DNA of 64,000 nucleotides from Eledone cirrhosa (Eukaryota). The number at the start of each line of letters is the position of its first letter. Positions within the stretch are counted from its first letter, which is position 1. The stretch is taken from NCBI GenBank assembly GCA_964016885.1, contig OZ024740.1:439270001-439334000 (forward strand), in the 5' to 3' direction. Below the pieces are notes generated by a model that saw nothing but the letters and a program-made list of their open reading frames with translations, searched no databases and had not been told where the DNA came from. A program made the position numbers and the translations under genes. Shown here piece by piece: positions 15,101-29,142 of this stretch.

Positions 15101-18100
15101 GCCATCTTAGACACACTCACCCCAGCCACGGCGAAGAAACCACATCTAGCCATCTTAGATACACTCACCCCAGCCACGGCGAAGAAACCACATCTAGCCA
15201 TCTTAGACACACTCACCCCAGCCACGGCTAAGAAACCACATTTACCCATCTTAGACACACTCACCCCAGCCACAGCTAAGAAACCACATCTAGCCATCAT
15301 CTTAGACGCACTCACCCCAGCCACGGCTAAGAAACCACATCTATCCATCTTAGACACACACACCCCAGCCACAGCTAAGAAACCACATCTATCCATCTTA
15401 GACACCCTCAACCCAGCCACGGCTAAGAAACCACATCTAGCCATCTTAGACACCCTCAACCCAGCCACGGCTAAGAAACCACATCTAGCCATCTTAGACA
15501 CACTGACCCCAGCCACGGCTAAGAAACCACATCTAGCCATCTGAGACACACTGACCCCAGCCACGGCTAAGAAACCACATCTAGCCATCTTAGACACACT
15601 CACCCGAGCCACGGCTAAGAAACCACATCTAGCCATCTTAGACACACTTACCCCAGCCACAGCTAAGAAACCACATCAAGCCATCTTAGACACACTCACA
15701 CCAGCCACGGCTAAGAAACCACATCTAGCCATCTGAGACACACTGACCCCAGCCACGGCTAAGAAACCACATCTAGCCATCTTACACACACTCACCCCAG
15801 CCACAGCTAAGAAACCACATCTACCCATCTTAGACACCCTCAACCCAGCCACGGCTAAGAAACCACATCTAGCCATCTGAGACACACTGACCCCAGCCAC
15901 GGCTAAGAAACCACATCTAGCCATCTGAGACAAACTCACCCTAGCCACGGCTAAGAAACCACATCTACCCATCTTAGACACCCTCACCCCAGACACGGCT
16001 AAGAAACCACATCTACCCATCTTAGACACCCTCAACCCAGCCACGCCTAAGAAACCACATCTAGCCATCTGAGACACACTGACCCCAGCCACGGCTAAGA
16101 AACCACATCTAGCCATCTTAGACACCCTCAACCCAGCCACGGCTAAGTAACCACATCTACCCATCTTAGACACCCTCAACCCAGCCACGGCTAAGAAACC
16201 ACATCTAGCCATCTGAGACACACTCACCCCAGCCACGGCGAAGAAACCACATCTAGCCATCTTAGACACACTCACTCCAGTCACGGCTAAGAAACCACAT
16301 CTAGCCATCTGAGACACACTCACCCCAGCCACGGCGAAGAAACCACATCTAGCCATCTTAGACACACTCACTCCAGTCACGGCTAAGAAACCACATCTAG
16401 CCATCTTAGACACACTCACCCCAGCCACGGCGAAGAAACCACATCTAGCCATCTGAGACACACTCACCCCAGACACGGCTAAGAAACCACATCTAGCCAT
16501 CTTAGACACACTCACCCCAGCCACGGCGAAGAAACCACATCTAGCCATCTTAGATACACTCACCCCAGCCACGGCGAAGAAACCACATCTAGCCATCTTA
16601 GACACACTCACCCCAGACACGGCTAAGAAACCACTTCTAGCCATCTTAGACACACTCACCCCAGCCACGGCTAAGAAACAACATCTAGCCATCTTAGACA
16701 CACTCACCCCAACCACGGCTAAGAAACCACATCTAGCCATCTTAGACACACTCACACCAGCCACGGCTAAGAAACCACATCTAGCCATCTTAGACACACT
16801 CACCCCAACCACGGCTAAGAAACCACATCTAGCCATCTTAGACACACTCACACCAGCCACGGCTAAGAAACCACATCTAGCCATCTTAGACACACTCACC
16901 CCAACCACGGCTAAGAAACCACATCTAGCCACCTTAGACACACTCACCCCAGCCACGGCTAAGAAACCACATCTAGACATCTGAGACACGCTCACCCCAG
17001 CTACGGCTAAGAAACCACATCTACCCATCTTAGACACACTCACCCCAGCCACGGCTAAGAAATCACATCTAGCCATCTGAGACACACTCACCACAGCCAC
17101 GGTTAAGAAACCACATCTACCCATCTGAGACAAACTCACCCCAGCCACGGCTAAGAAACCACATCTAGCCATCTTAGACACACTCACCCCAGCCACGGCT
17201 AAGAAACCACATCTAGACATCTGAGACACACTCACCCCAACCACGGCTAAGAAACCACATCTAGCCATCTTAGACACACTCACCCCAGCCACGGCTAAGA
17301 AACCACATCTAGACATCTTAGACACACTCACCCCAGCCACGGCTAAGAAACCACATCTAGACATCTGAGACACACTCACCCCAGCCACCGCTAAGAAACC
17401 ACATCTAGACATCTTAGACACACTCACCCCAGCCACGGCTAAGAAACCACATCTAGACATCTTAGACACACTCACCCCAGCCACGGCTAAGAAACCACAT
17501 CTAGACATCTTAGACACACTGACCCCAGGCACGGCTAAGAAACCACATCTAGCCATCTTTGACACACTCACCCCAGCCACGGCTAAGAAACCACATCTAG
17601 CCATCTTAGACACACTCACCCCAGCCACGGCTAAGAAACCACATCTAGCCATCTTAGACACACTCACCCCAGCCACGGCTAAGAAACCACATCTAGCTAT
17701 CTTAGACACACTCACCCCAGCCACGGCTAAGAAACCACATTTACCCATCTTAGACACACTCACTCCAGTCACGGCTAAGAAACCACATCTAGCCATCTGA
17801 GACACACTCACCCCAGCCACGGCGAAGAAACCACATCTAGCCATCTGAGACACACTCACCCCAGACGCGGCTAAGAAACCACATCTAGCCATCTTAGACA
17901 CACTCACCCCAGCCACGGCGAAGAAACCACATCTAGCCATCTTAGATACACTCACCCCAGCCACGGCGAAGAAACCACATCTAGCCATCTTAGACACACT
18001 CACCCCAGACACGGCTAAGAAACCACATCTAGCCATCTTAGACACACTCACCCCAGCCACGGCTAAGAAACCACATCTAGCCATCTTAGACACACTCACC

Positions 18101-21100
18101 CCAACCACGGCTAAGAAACCACGTCTAGCCATCTTAGACACACTCACCCCAGCCACGGCGAAGAAACCACATCTAGCCATCTTAGACACACTCACCCCAA
18201 CCACGGCTAAGAAACCACATCTAGCCATCTTAGACACACTCACCCCAGCCACGGCTAAGAAACCACTTCTAGCCATCTTAGACACACTCACCCCAACCAC
18301 GGCTAAGAAACCACATCTAGCCATCTTAGACACACTCACCCCAGCCACGGCTAAGAAACCACATCTACCCATCTTAGACACACTCACCCCAGCCACGGCT
18401 AAGAAACCACATCTAGCCATCTTAGACACACTCACCCCAACCACGGCTAAGAAACCACATCTAGCCATCTTAGACACACTCACCCCAGCCACGGCTAAGA
18501 AACCACTTCTAGCCATCTTAGACACACTCACCCCAGCCACGGCTAAGAAACCACATCTAGCCATCTTAGACACACTCACCCCAACCACGGCTAAGAAACC
18601 ACATCTACCCATCTTAGACACACTCACCCCAGCCACGGCGAAGAAACCACATCTAGCCATCTTAGATACACTCACCCCAGCCACGGCGAAGAAACCACAT
18701 CTAGCCATCTTAGACACACTCACCCCAGACACGGCTAAGAAACCACTTCTAGCCATCTTAGACACACTCACACCAGCCACGGCTAAGAAACCACATCTAG
18801 CCATCTTAGACACACTCACCCCAACCACGGCTAAGAAACCACATCTAGCCATCTTAGACACACTCACACCAGCCACGGCTAAGAAACCACATCTAGCCAT
18901 CTTAGACACACTCACCCCAACCACGGCTAAGAAACCACATCTAGCCACCTTAGACACACTCACCCCAGCCACGGCTAAGAAACCACATCTAGACATCTGA
19001 GACACACTCACCCCAGCTACGGCTAAGAAACCACAACTACCCATCTTAGACACACTCACCCCAGCCACGGCTAAGAAATCACATCTAGCCATCTGAGACA
19101 CACTCACCACAGCCACGGTTAAGAAACCACATCTACCCATCTGAGACACACTCACCCCAGCCACGGCTAAGAAACCACATCTAGCCATCTTAGACACACT
19201 CACCCCAGCCACGGCTAAGAAACCACATCTAGCCATCTTAGACACACTCACCCCAGCCACGGCTAAGAAACCACATCTAGCCATCTTAGACACACTCACC
19301 CCAGCCACGGCTAAGAAACCACATCTAGACATCTTAGACACACTCACACCAGCCACGGCTAAGAAACCACATCTAGCCATCTTAGACACACTCACCCCAG
19401 CCACGGCTAAGAAACCACATCTAGCCATCTTAGACACACTCACCCCAGCCACGGCTAAGAAACCACATCTAGACATCTTAGACACACTCACCCCAGCCAC
19501 GGCTAAGAAACCACATCTAGACATCTTAGACACACTCACCCCAGCCACGGCTAAGAAACCACATATAGACATCTTAGACACACTCACCCCAGCCACGGCT
19601 AAGAAACCACATCTAGACATCTTAGACACACTCACCCCAGCCACGGCTAAGAAACCACATCTAGACATCTTAGACACACTCACCCCAGCCACGGCTAAGA
19701 AACCACATCTAGACATCTTAGACACACTCACCCCAGCCACGGCTAAGAAACCACATCTAGACATCTTAGACACACTCACCCCAGCCACAGCTAAGAAACC
19801 ACATCTAGCCATCATCTTAGACACACTCACCCCAGCCACGGCGAAGAAACCACATCTAGCCATCTGAGACACACTCACCCCAGACACGGCTAAGAAACCA
19901 CTTCTAGCCATCTTAGACACACTCACCCCAGCCACGGCTAAGAAACCACATCTAGCCATCTTAGACACACTCACACCAGCCACGGCTAAGAAACCACATC
20001 TAGCCATCTTAGACACCCTCAACCCAGCCACGGCTAAGAAACCACTTCTAGCCATCTTAGACACACTCACCCCAGCCACGGCGAAGAAACCACATCTAGC
20101 CATCTTAGATACACTCACCCCAGCCACGGCGAAGAAACCACATCTAGCCATCTTAGACTCACTCACCCCAGACACGGCTAAGAAACCACTTCTAGCCATC
20201 TTAGACACACTCACCCCAGCCACGGCTAAGAAACCACATCTAGCCATCTTAGACACACTCACTCCAGTCAGGGCTAAGAAACCACATCTAGCCATCTGAG
20301 ACACACTCACCCCAGCCACGGCGAAGAAACCACATCTAGCCATCTGAGACACACTCACCCCAGACACGGCTATGAAACCACATCTAGCCATCTTAGACAC
20401 ACTCACCCCAGCCACGGCGAAGAAACCACATCTAGCCATCTTAGATACACTCACCCCAGCCACGGCGAAGAAACCACATCTAGCCATCTTAGACACACTC
20501 ACCCCAGCCACGGCTAAGAAACCACATTTACCCATCTTAGACACACTCACCCCAGCCACAGCTAAGAAACCACATCTAGCCATCATCTTAGACGCACTCA
20601 CCCCAGCCACGGCTAAGAAACCACATCTATCCATCTTAGACACACACACCCCAGCCACAGCTAAGAAACCACATCTATCCATCTTAGACACCCTCAACCC
20701 AGCCACGGCTAAGAAACCACATCTAGCCATCTTAGACACCCTCAACCCAGCCACGGCTAAGAAACCACATCTAGCCATCTTAGACACACTGACCCCAGCC
20801 ACGGCTAAGAAACCACATCTAGCCATCTGAGACACACTGACCCCAGCCACGGCTAAGAAACCACATCTAGCCATCTTAGACACACTCACCCGAGCCACGG
20901 CTAAGAAACCACATCTAGCCATCTGAGACACACTCACCCCAGCCACGGCTAAGAAACCACATCTACCCATCTTAGACACCCTCACCCCAGCCACGGCTAA
21001 GAAACCACATCAAGCCATCTTAGACACACTCACACAAGTCACGGCTAAGAAACAACATCTAGACATCTGAGACAGACTCACCCCAGCCACAGCGAAGAAA

Positions 21101-24100
21101 CCACATCTAGCCATCTGAGACACACTGACACCAGCCACGGCTAAGAAACCACATCTAGCCATCTTAGACACACTTACCCCAGCCACAGCTAAGAAACCAC
21201 ATCAAGCCATCTTAGACACACTCACACCAGCCACGGCTAAGAAACCACATCTAGCCATCTGAGACACACTGACCCCAGCCACGGCTAAGAAACCACATCT
21301 AGCCATCTTACACACACTCACCCCAGCCACAGCTAAGAAACCACATCTACCCATCTTAGACACCCTCAACCCAGCCACGGCTAAGAAACCACATCTAGCC
21401 ATCTGAGACACACTGACCCCAGCCACGGCTAAGAAACCACATCTAGCCATCTGAGACAAACTCACCCCAGCCACGGCTAAGAAACCACATCTACCCATCT
21501 TAGACACCCTCACCCCAGCCACGGCTAAGAAACCACATCTACCCATCTTAGACACCCTCAACCCAGCCACGCCTAAGAAACCACATCTAGCCATCTGAGA
21601 CACACTGACCCCAGCCACGGCTAAGAAACCACATCTAGCCATCTTAGACACCCTCAACCCAGCCACGGCTAAGAAACCACATCTACCCATCTTAGACACC
21701 CTCAACCCAGCCACGGCTAAGAAACCACATCTAGCCATCTGAGACACACTCACCCCAGCCACGGCGAAGAAACCACATCTAGCCATCTTAGACACACTCA
21801 CTCCAGTCACGGCTAAGAAACCACATCTAGCCATCTGAGACACACTCACCCCAGCCACGGCGAAGAAACCACATCTAGCCATCTTAGACACACTCACTCC
21901 AGTCACGGCTAAGAAACCACATCTAGCCATCTTAGACACACTCACCCCAGCCACGGCGAAGAAACCACATCTAGCCATCTGAGACACACTCACCCCAGAC
22001 ACGGCTAAGAAACCACATCTAGCCATCTTAGACACACTCACCCCAGCCACGGCGAAGAAACCACATCTAGCCATCTTAGATACACTCACCCCAGCCACGG
22101 CGAAGAAACCACATCTAGCCATCTTAGACACACTCACCCCAGACACGGCTAAGAAACCACTTCTAGCCATCTTAGACACACTCACCCCAGCCACGGCTAA
22201 GAAACAACATCTAGCCATCTTAGACACACTCACCCCAACCACGGCTAAGAAACCACATCTAGCCATCTTAGACACACTCACACCAGCCACGGCTAAGAAA
22301 CCACATCTAGCCATCTTAGACACACTCACCCCAACCACGGCTAAGAAACCACATCTAGCCATCTTAGACACACTCACACCAGCCACGGCTAAGAAACCAC
22401 ATCTAGCCATCTTAGACACACTCACCCCAACCACGGCTAAGAAACCACATCTAGCCACCTTAGACACACTCACCCCAGCCACGGCTAAGAAACCACATCT
22501 AGACATCTGAGACACGCTCACCCCAGCTACGGCTAAGAAACCACATCTACCCATCTTAGACACACTCACCCCAGCCACGGCTAAGAAATCACATCTAGCC
22601 ATCTGAGACACACTCACCACAGCCACGGTTAAGAAACCACATCTACCCATCTGAGACAAACTCACCCCAGCCACGGCTAAGAAACCACATCTAGCCATCT
22701 TAGACACACTCACCCCAGCCACGGCTAAGAAACCACATCTAGACATCTGAGACACACTCACCCCAACCACGGCTAAGAAACCACATCTAGCCATCTTAGA
22801 CACACTCACCCCAGCCACGGCTAAGAAACCACATCTAGACATCTTAGACACACTCACCCCAGCCACGGCTAAGAAACCACATCTAGACATCTGAGACACA
22901 CTCACCCCAGCCACTGCTAAGAAACCACATCTAGACATCTTAGACACACTCACCCCAGCCACGGCTAAGAAACCACATCTAGACATCTTAGACACACTCA
23001 CCCCAGCCACGGCTAAGAAACCACATCTAGACATCTTAGACACACTGACCCCAGGCACGGCTAAGAAACCACATCTAGCCATCTTTGACACACTCACCCC
23101 AGCCACGGCTAAGAAACCACATCTAGCCATCTTAGACACACTCACCCCAGCCACGGCTAAGAAACCACATCTAGCCATCTTAGACACACTCACCCCAGCC
23201 ACGGCTAAGAAACCACATCTAGCTATCTTAGACACACTCACCCCAGCCACGGCTAAGAAACCACATTTACCCATCTTAGACACACTCACTCCAGTCACGG
23301 CTAAGAAACCACATCTAGCCATCTTAGACACACTCACCCCAACCACGGCTAAGAAACCACATCTAGCCATCTGAGACACACTCACCCCTGCCACGGCGAA
23401 GAAACCACATCTAGCCATCTGAGACACACTCACCCCAGACACGGCTAAGAAACCACATCTAGCCATCTTAGACACACTCACCCCAGCCACGGCGAAGAAA
23501 CCACATCTAGCCATCTTAGATACACTCACCCCAGCCACGGCGAAGAAACCACATCTAGCCATCTTAGACACACTCACCCCAGACACGGCTAAGAAACCAC
23601 TTCTAGCCATCTTAGACACACTCACCCCAGCCACGGCTAAGAAACCACATCTAGCCATCTTAGACACACTCACCCCAACCACGGCTAAGAAACCACGTCT
23701 AGCCATCTTAGACACACTCACCCCAGCCACGGCGAAGAAACCACATCTAGCCATCTTAGACACACTCACCCCAACCACGGCTAAGAAACCACATCTAGCC
23801 ATCTTAGACACACTCACCCCAGCCACGGCTAAGAAACCACTTCTAGCCATCTTAGACACACTCACCCCAACCACGGCTAAGAAACCACATCTAGCCATCT
23901 TAGACACACTCACCCCAGCCACGGCTAAGAAACCACATCTACCCATCTTAGACACACTCACCCCAGCCACGGCTAAGAAACCACATCTAGCCATCTTAGA
24001 CACACTCACCCCAACCACGGCTAAGAAACCACATCTAGCCATCTTAGACACACTCACCCCAGCCACGGCTAAGAAACCACTTCTAGCCATCTTAGACACA

Positions 24101-27100
24101 CTCACCCCAGCCACGGCTAAGAAACCACATCTAGCCATCTTAGACACACTCACCCCAACCACGGCTAAGAAACCACATCTACCCATCTTAGACACACTCA
24201 CCCCAGCCACGGCGAAGAAACCACATCTAGCCATCTTAGATACACTCACCCCAGCCACGGCGAAGAAACCACATCTAGCCATCTTAGACACACTCACCCC
24301 AGACACGGCTAAGAAACCACTTCTAGCCATCTTAGACACACTCACACCAGCCACGGCTAAGAAACCACATCTAGCCATCTTAGACACACTCACCCCAACC
24401 ACGGCTAAGAAACCACATCTAGCCATCTTAGACACACTCACACCAGCCACGGCTAAGAAACCACATCTAGCCATCTTAGACACACTCACCCCAACCACGG
24501 CTAAGAAACCACATCTAGCCACCTTAGACACACTCACCCCAGCCACGGCTAAGAAACCACATCTAGACATCTGAGACACACTCACCCCAGCTACGGCTAA
24601 GAAACCACATCTACCCATCTTAGACACACTCACCCCAGCCACGGCTAAGAAATCACATCTAGCCATCTGAGACACACTCACCACAGCCACGGTTAAGAAA
24701 CCACATCTACCCATCTGAGACACACTCACCCCAGCCACGGCTAAGAAACCACATCTAGCCATCTTAGACACACTCACCCCAGCCACGGCTAAGAAACCAC
24801 ATCTAGCCATCTTAGACACACTCACCCCAGCCACGGCTAAGAAACCACATCTAGCCATCTTAGACACACTCACCCCAGCCACGGCTAAGAAACCACATCT
24901 AGACATCTTAGACACACTCACACCAGCCACGGCTAAGAAACCACATCTAGCCATCTTAGACACACTCACCCCAGCCACGGCTAAGAAACCACATCTAGCC
25001 ATCTTAGACACACTCACCCCAGCCACGGCTAAGAAACCACATCTAGACATCTTAGACACACTCACCCCAGCCACGGCTAAGAAACCACATCTAGACATCT
25101 TAGACACACTCACCCCAGCCACGGCTAAGAAACCACATATAGACATCTTAGACACACTCACCCCAGCCACGGCTAAGAAACCACATCTAGACATCTTAGA
25201 CACACTCACCCCAGCCACGGCTAAGAAACCACATCTAGACATCTTAGACACACTCACCCCAGCCACGGCTAAGAAACCACATCTAGACATCTTAGACACA
25301 CTCACCCCAGCCACGGCTAAGAAACCACATCTAGACATCTTAGACACACTCACCCCAGCCACAGCTAAGAAACCACATCTAGCCATCATCTTAGACGCAC
25401 TCACCCCAGCCACGGCTAAGAAACCACATCTATCCATCTTAGACACACTCACCCCAGCCACGGCTAAGAAACCACATCTAGCCATCTGAGACACACTCAC
25501 CCCAGCCACAGCTAAGAAACCACATCTAGCCATCATCTTAGACGCACTCACACCAGCCACGGCTAAGAAACCACATCTATCCATCTTAGACACACTCACA
25601 CCAGCCACGGCTAAGAAACCACATCTAGCCATCTTAGACACACTCACCCCAGCCACGGCTAAGAAACCACATCTACCCATCTTAGACACACTCACCCCAG
25701 CCACAGCTAAGAAACCACATCTAGCCATCATCTTAGACGCACTCACCCCAGCCACGGCTAAGAAACCACATCTATCCATCTTAGACACACTCACACCAGC
25801 CACGGCTAAGAAACCACATCTAGCCATCTTAGACACACTCACCCCAGCCACGGCTAAGAAACCACATCTAGCCATCTTTGACACACTCACCCCAGCCACG
25901 GCTAAGAAACCACATCTAGCCATCTTAGACACACTCACCCCAGCCACGGCTAAGAAACCACATCTAGCCATCTTAGACACACTCACCCCAGCCACGGCTA
26001 AGAAACCACATCTAGCTATCTTAGACACACTCACCCCAGCCACAGCTAAGAAACCACATCTAGCCATCATCTTAGACGCACTCACCCCAGCCACGGCTAA
26101 GAAACCACATCTATCCATCTTAGACACCCTCAACCCAGCCACGGCTAAGAAACCACATCTAGCCATCTTAGACACCCTCACCCCAGCCACGGCGAAGAAA
26201 CCACATCTAGCCATCTGAGACACACTGACCCCAGCCATGGCTAAGAAACCACATCTAGCCATCTTAGACACACTCACCCCAGCCACGGCTAAGAAACCAC
26301 ATCTAGCCATCTGAGACACACTCACACCAGTCACGGCTAAGAAACAACATCTAGACATCTGAGACAGACTCACCCCAGCCACAGCGAAGAAACCACATCT
26401 AGCCATCTGAGACACACTGACCCCAGCCACGGCTAAGAAACCACATCTAGCCATCTGAGACACACTGACCCCAGCCACGGCTAAGAAACCACATCTAGCC
26501 ATCTTAGACACACTCACCCCAGCCACGGCTAAGAAACCACATCTAGCCATCTGAGACACACTCACACCAGTCACGGCTAAGAAACAACATCTAGACATCT
26601 GAGACAGACTCACCCCAGCCACAGCGAAGAAACCACATCTAGCCATCTGAGACACACTGACCCCAGCCACGGCTAAGAAACCACATCTAGCCATCTTAGA
26701 CACACTCACCCCAGCCACAGCTAAGAAACCACATCTAGACATCTGAGACACACTCACCCCAGCCACAGCTAAGAAACCACATCAAGCCATCTTAGACACA
26801 CTCACACCAGCCACGGCTAAGAAACCACATCTAGCCATCTGAGACACACTGACCCCAGCCACGGCTAAGAAACCACATCTAGCCATCTTACACACACTCA
26901 CCCCAGCCACAGCTAAGAAACCACATCTACCCATCTTAGACACCCTCAACCCAGCCACGGCTAAGAAACCACATCTAGCCATCTGAGACACACTGACCTC
27001 AGCCACGGCTAAGAAACCACATCTAGCCATCTGAGACAAACTCACCCCAGCCACGGCTAAGAAACCACATCTACCCATCTTAGACACCCTCACCCCAGCC

Positions 27101-28459
27101 ACGGCTAAGAAACCACATCTACCCATCTTAGACACCCTCAACCCAGCCACGCCTAAGAAACCACATCTAGCCATCTGAGACACACTGACCCCAGCCACGG
27201 CTAAGAAACCACATCTAGCCATCTTAGACACCCTCAACCCAGCCACGGCTAAGAAACCACATCTACCCATCTTAGACACCCTCAACCCAGCCACGGCTAA
27301 GAAACCACATCTAGCCATCTGAGACACACTCACCCCAGCCACGGCGAAGAAACCACATCTAGCCATCTTAGACACAATCACTCCAGTCACGGCTAAGAAA
27401 CCACATCTAGCCATCTGAGACACACTCACCCCAGCCACGGCGAAGAAACCACATCTAGCCATCTGAGACACACTCACCCCAGACACGGCTAAGAAACCAC
27501 ATCTAGCCATCTTAGACACACTCACCCCAGCCACGGCGAAGAAACCACATCTAGCCATCTTAGATACACTCACCCCAGCCACGGCGAAGAAACCACATCT
27601 AGCCATCTTAGACACACTCACCCCAGACACGGCTAAGAAACCACTTCTAGCCATCTTAGACACACTCACCCCAGCCACGGCGAAGAAACCACATCTAGCC
27701 ATCTTAGACATACTCACCCCAGACACGGCTAAGAAACCACATCTAGCCATCTTAGACACACTCACCCCAGCCACGGCGAAGAAACCACATCTAGCCATCT
27801 TAGATACACTCACACCAGTCACGGCTAAGAAACCACATCTAGCCATCTTAGATACACTCACCCCAGCAACGGCGAAGAAACCACATCTAACCATCTTAGA
27901 CACACTCACCCCAGCACCGGCGAAGAAACCACATCTAGCCATCTTAGACACACTCACCCCAGCCACGGCGAAGAAACCACATCTAGCCATCTTAGATACA
28001 CTCACACCAGTCACGGCTAAGAAACCACATCTAGCCATCTTAGATACACTCACCCCAGCAACGGCGAAGAAACCACATCTAGCCATCTTAGACACACTCA
28101 CCCCAGCCACGGCGAAGAAACCACATCTAGCCATCTTAGATACACTCACACCAGTCACGGCTAAGAAACCACATCTAGCCATCTGAGACACACTCACCCC
28201 AGCCACGGCTAAGAAACTACATCTACCCATCTTAGATACACTCACCCCAGTCACGGCTAAGAAACCACATCTAGACATCTTAGACACACTCACCCCTGCC
28301 ACGGCTAAGAAACCACATCTACCAATCTGAGACACACTGACCCCAGCCAAGGCTAAGAAACTACATCTACCCATCTTAGACACACTCACAACAGCCACAG
28401 CTAAGAAACCACATCTATCCATCTTAGACACACTCACCCCAACCACGGCTAAGAAACAA
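9184..28459 (+). repeat. Imperfect higher-order repeat with periods of about 6300, 5526 and 5580 bp (three copies plus a partial fourth)
   Basis: Blocks begin at the CATCAAGCC variant (minus-strand TGA at 9376, 15676, 21202, 26782). Each is followed by the same ordered markers CTTACACAC (9481, 15781, 21307, 26887) and GCCTAAG (9745, 16045, 21571, 27151). Copies 2 and 3 share private markers GAGACACGCTC (16983/22509), ACGTCTAG (18121/23695) and ACATATAGAC (19561/25135). Confidence 0.9.
10342..11924 (+). repeat. 768-bp (16-monomer) tandem duplication nested in the larger higher-order repeat
   Basis: AAATCAC at 10760/11528, GAGACAAACTC at 10827/11595 and CCACTGCT at 11085/11853, all at offset 768. 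The homologous blocks at about 17 kb and about 22.6 kb have only one copy. Confidence 0.9.
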
Positions 28460-29142
28460 CACTTCTAGCCATCTTAGACACACTCACACCAGCCACGGCT
28501 AAGAAACCACATCTAGCCATCTTAGACACACTCACCCCAACCACGGCTAAGAAACCACATCTAGCCACCTTAGACACACTCACCCCAGCCACGGCTAAGA
28601 AACCACATCTAGACATCTGAGACACACTCACCCCAGCTACGGCTAAGAAACCACATCTACCCATCTTAGACACACTCACCCCAGCCACGGCTAAGAAATC
28701 ACATCTAGCCATCTGAGACACACTCACCACAGCCACGGTTAAGAAACCACATCTACCCATCTGAGACACACTCACCCCAGCCACGGCTAAGAAACCACTT
28801 CTAGCCATCTTAGACACACTCACCCCAACCACGGCTAAGAAACCACATCTAGCCACCTTAGACACACTCACCCCAGCCACGGCTAAGAAACCACATCTAG
28901 CCATCTTAGACACACTCACCCCAACCACGGCTAAGAAACCACATCTAGCCACCTTAGACACACTCACACCAGCCACGGCTAAGAAACCACATCTAGCCAT
29001 CTTAGACACACTCACACCAGCCACGGCTAAGAAACCACATCTACCCATCTGAGACACACTCACCCCAGCCACGGCTAAGAAACCACATCTAGACATCTTA
29101 GACACACTCACCCCAGCTACGGCTAAGAAACCACATCTAGCC

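Noticed and set aside
20372-20830. Plus-strand 152-aa ORF (MKPHLAILDTLTPATAK...)
   Set aside because: Its ATG comes from a single AAG>ATG substitution in one monomer, and it ends at the next common TGA variant.
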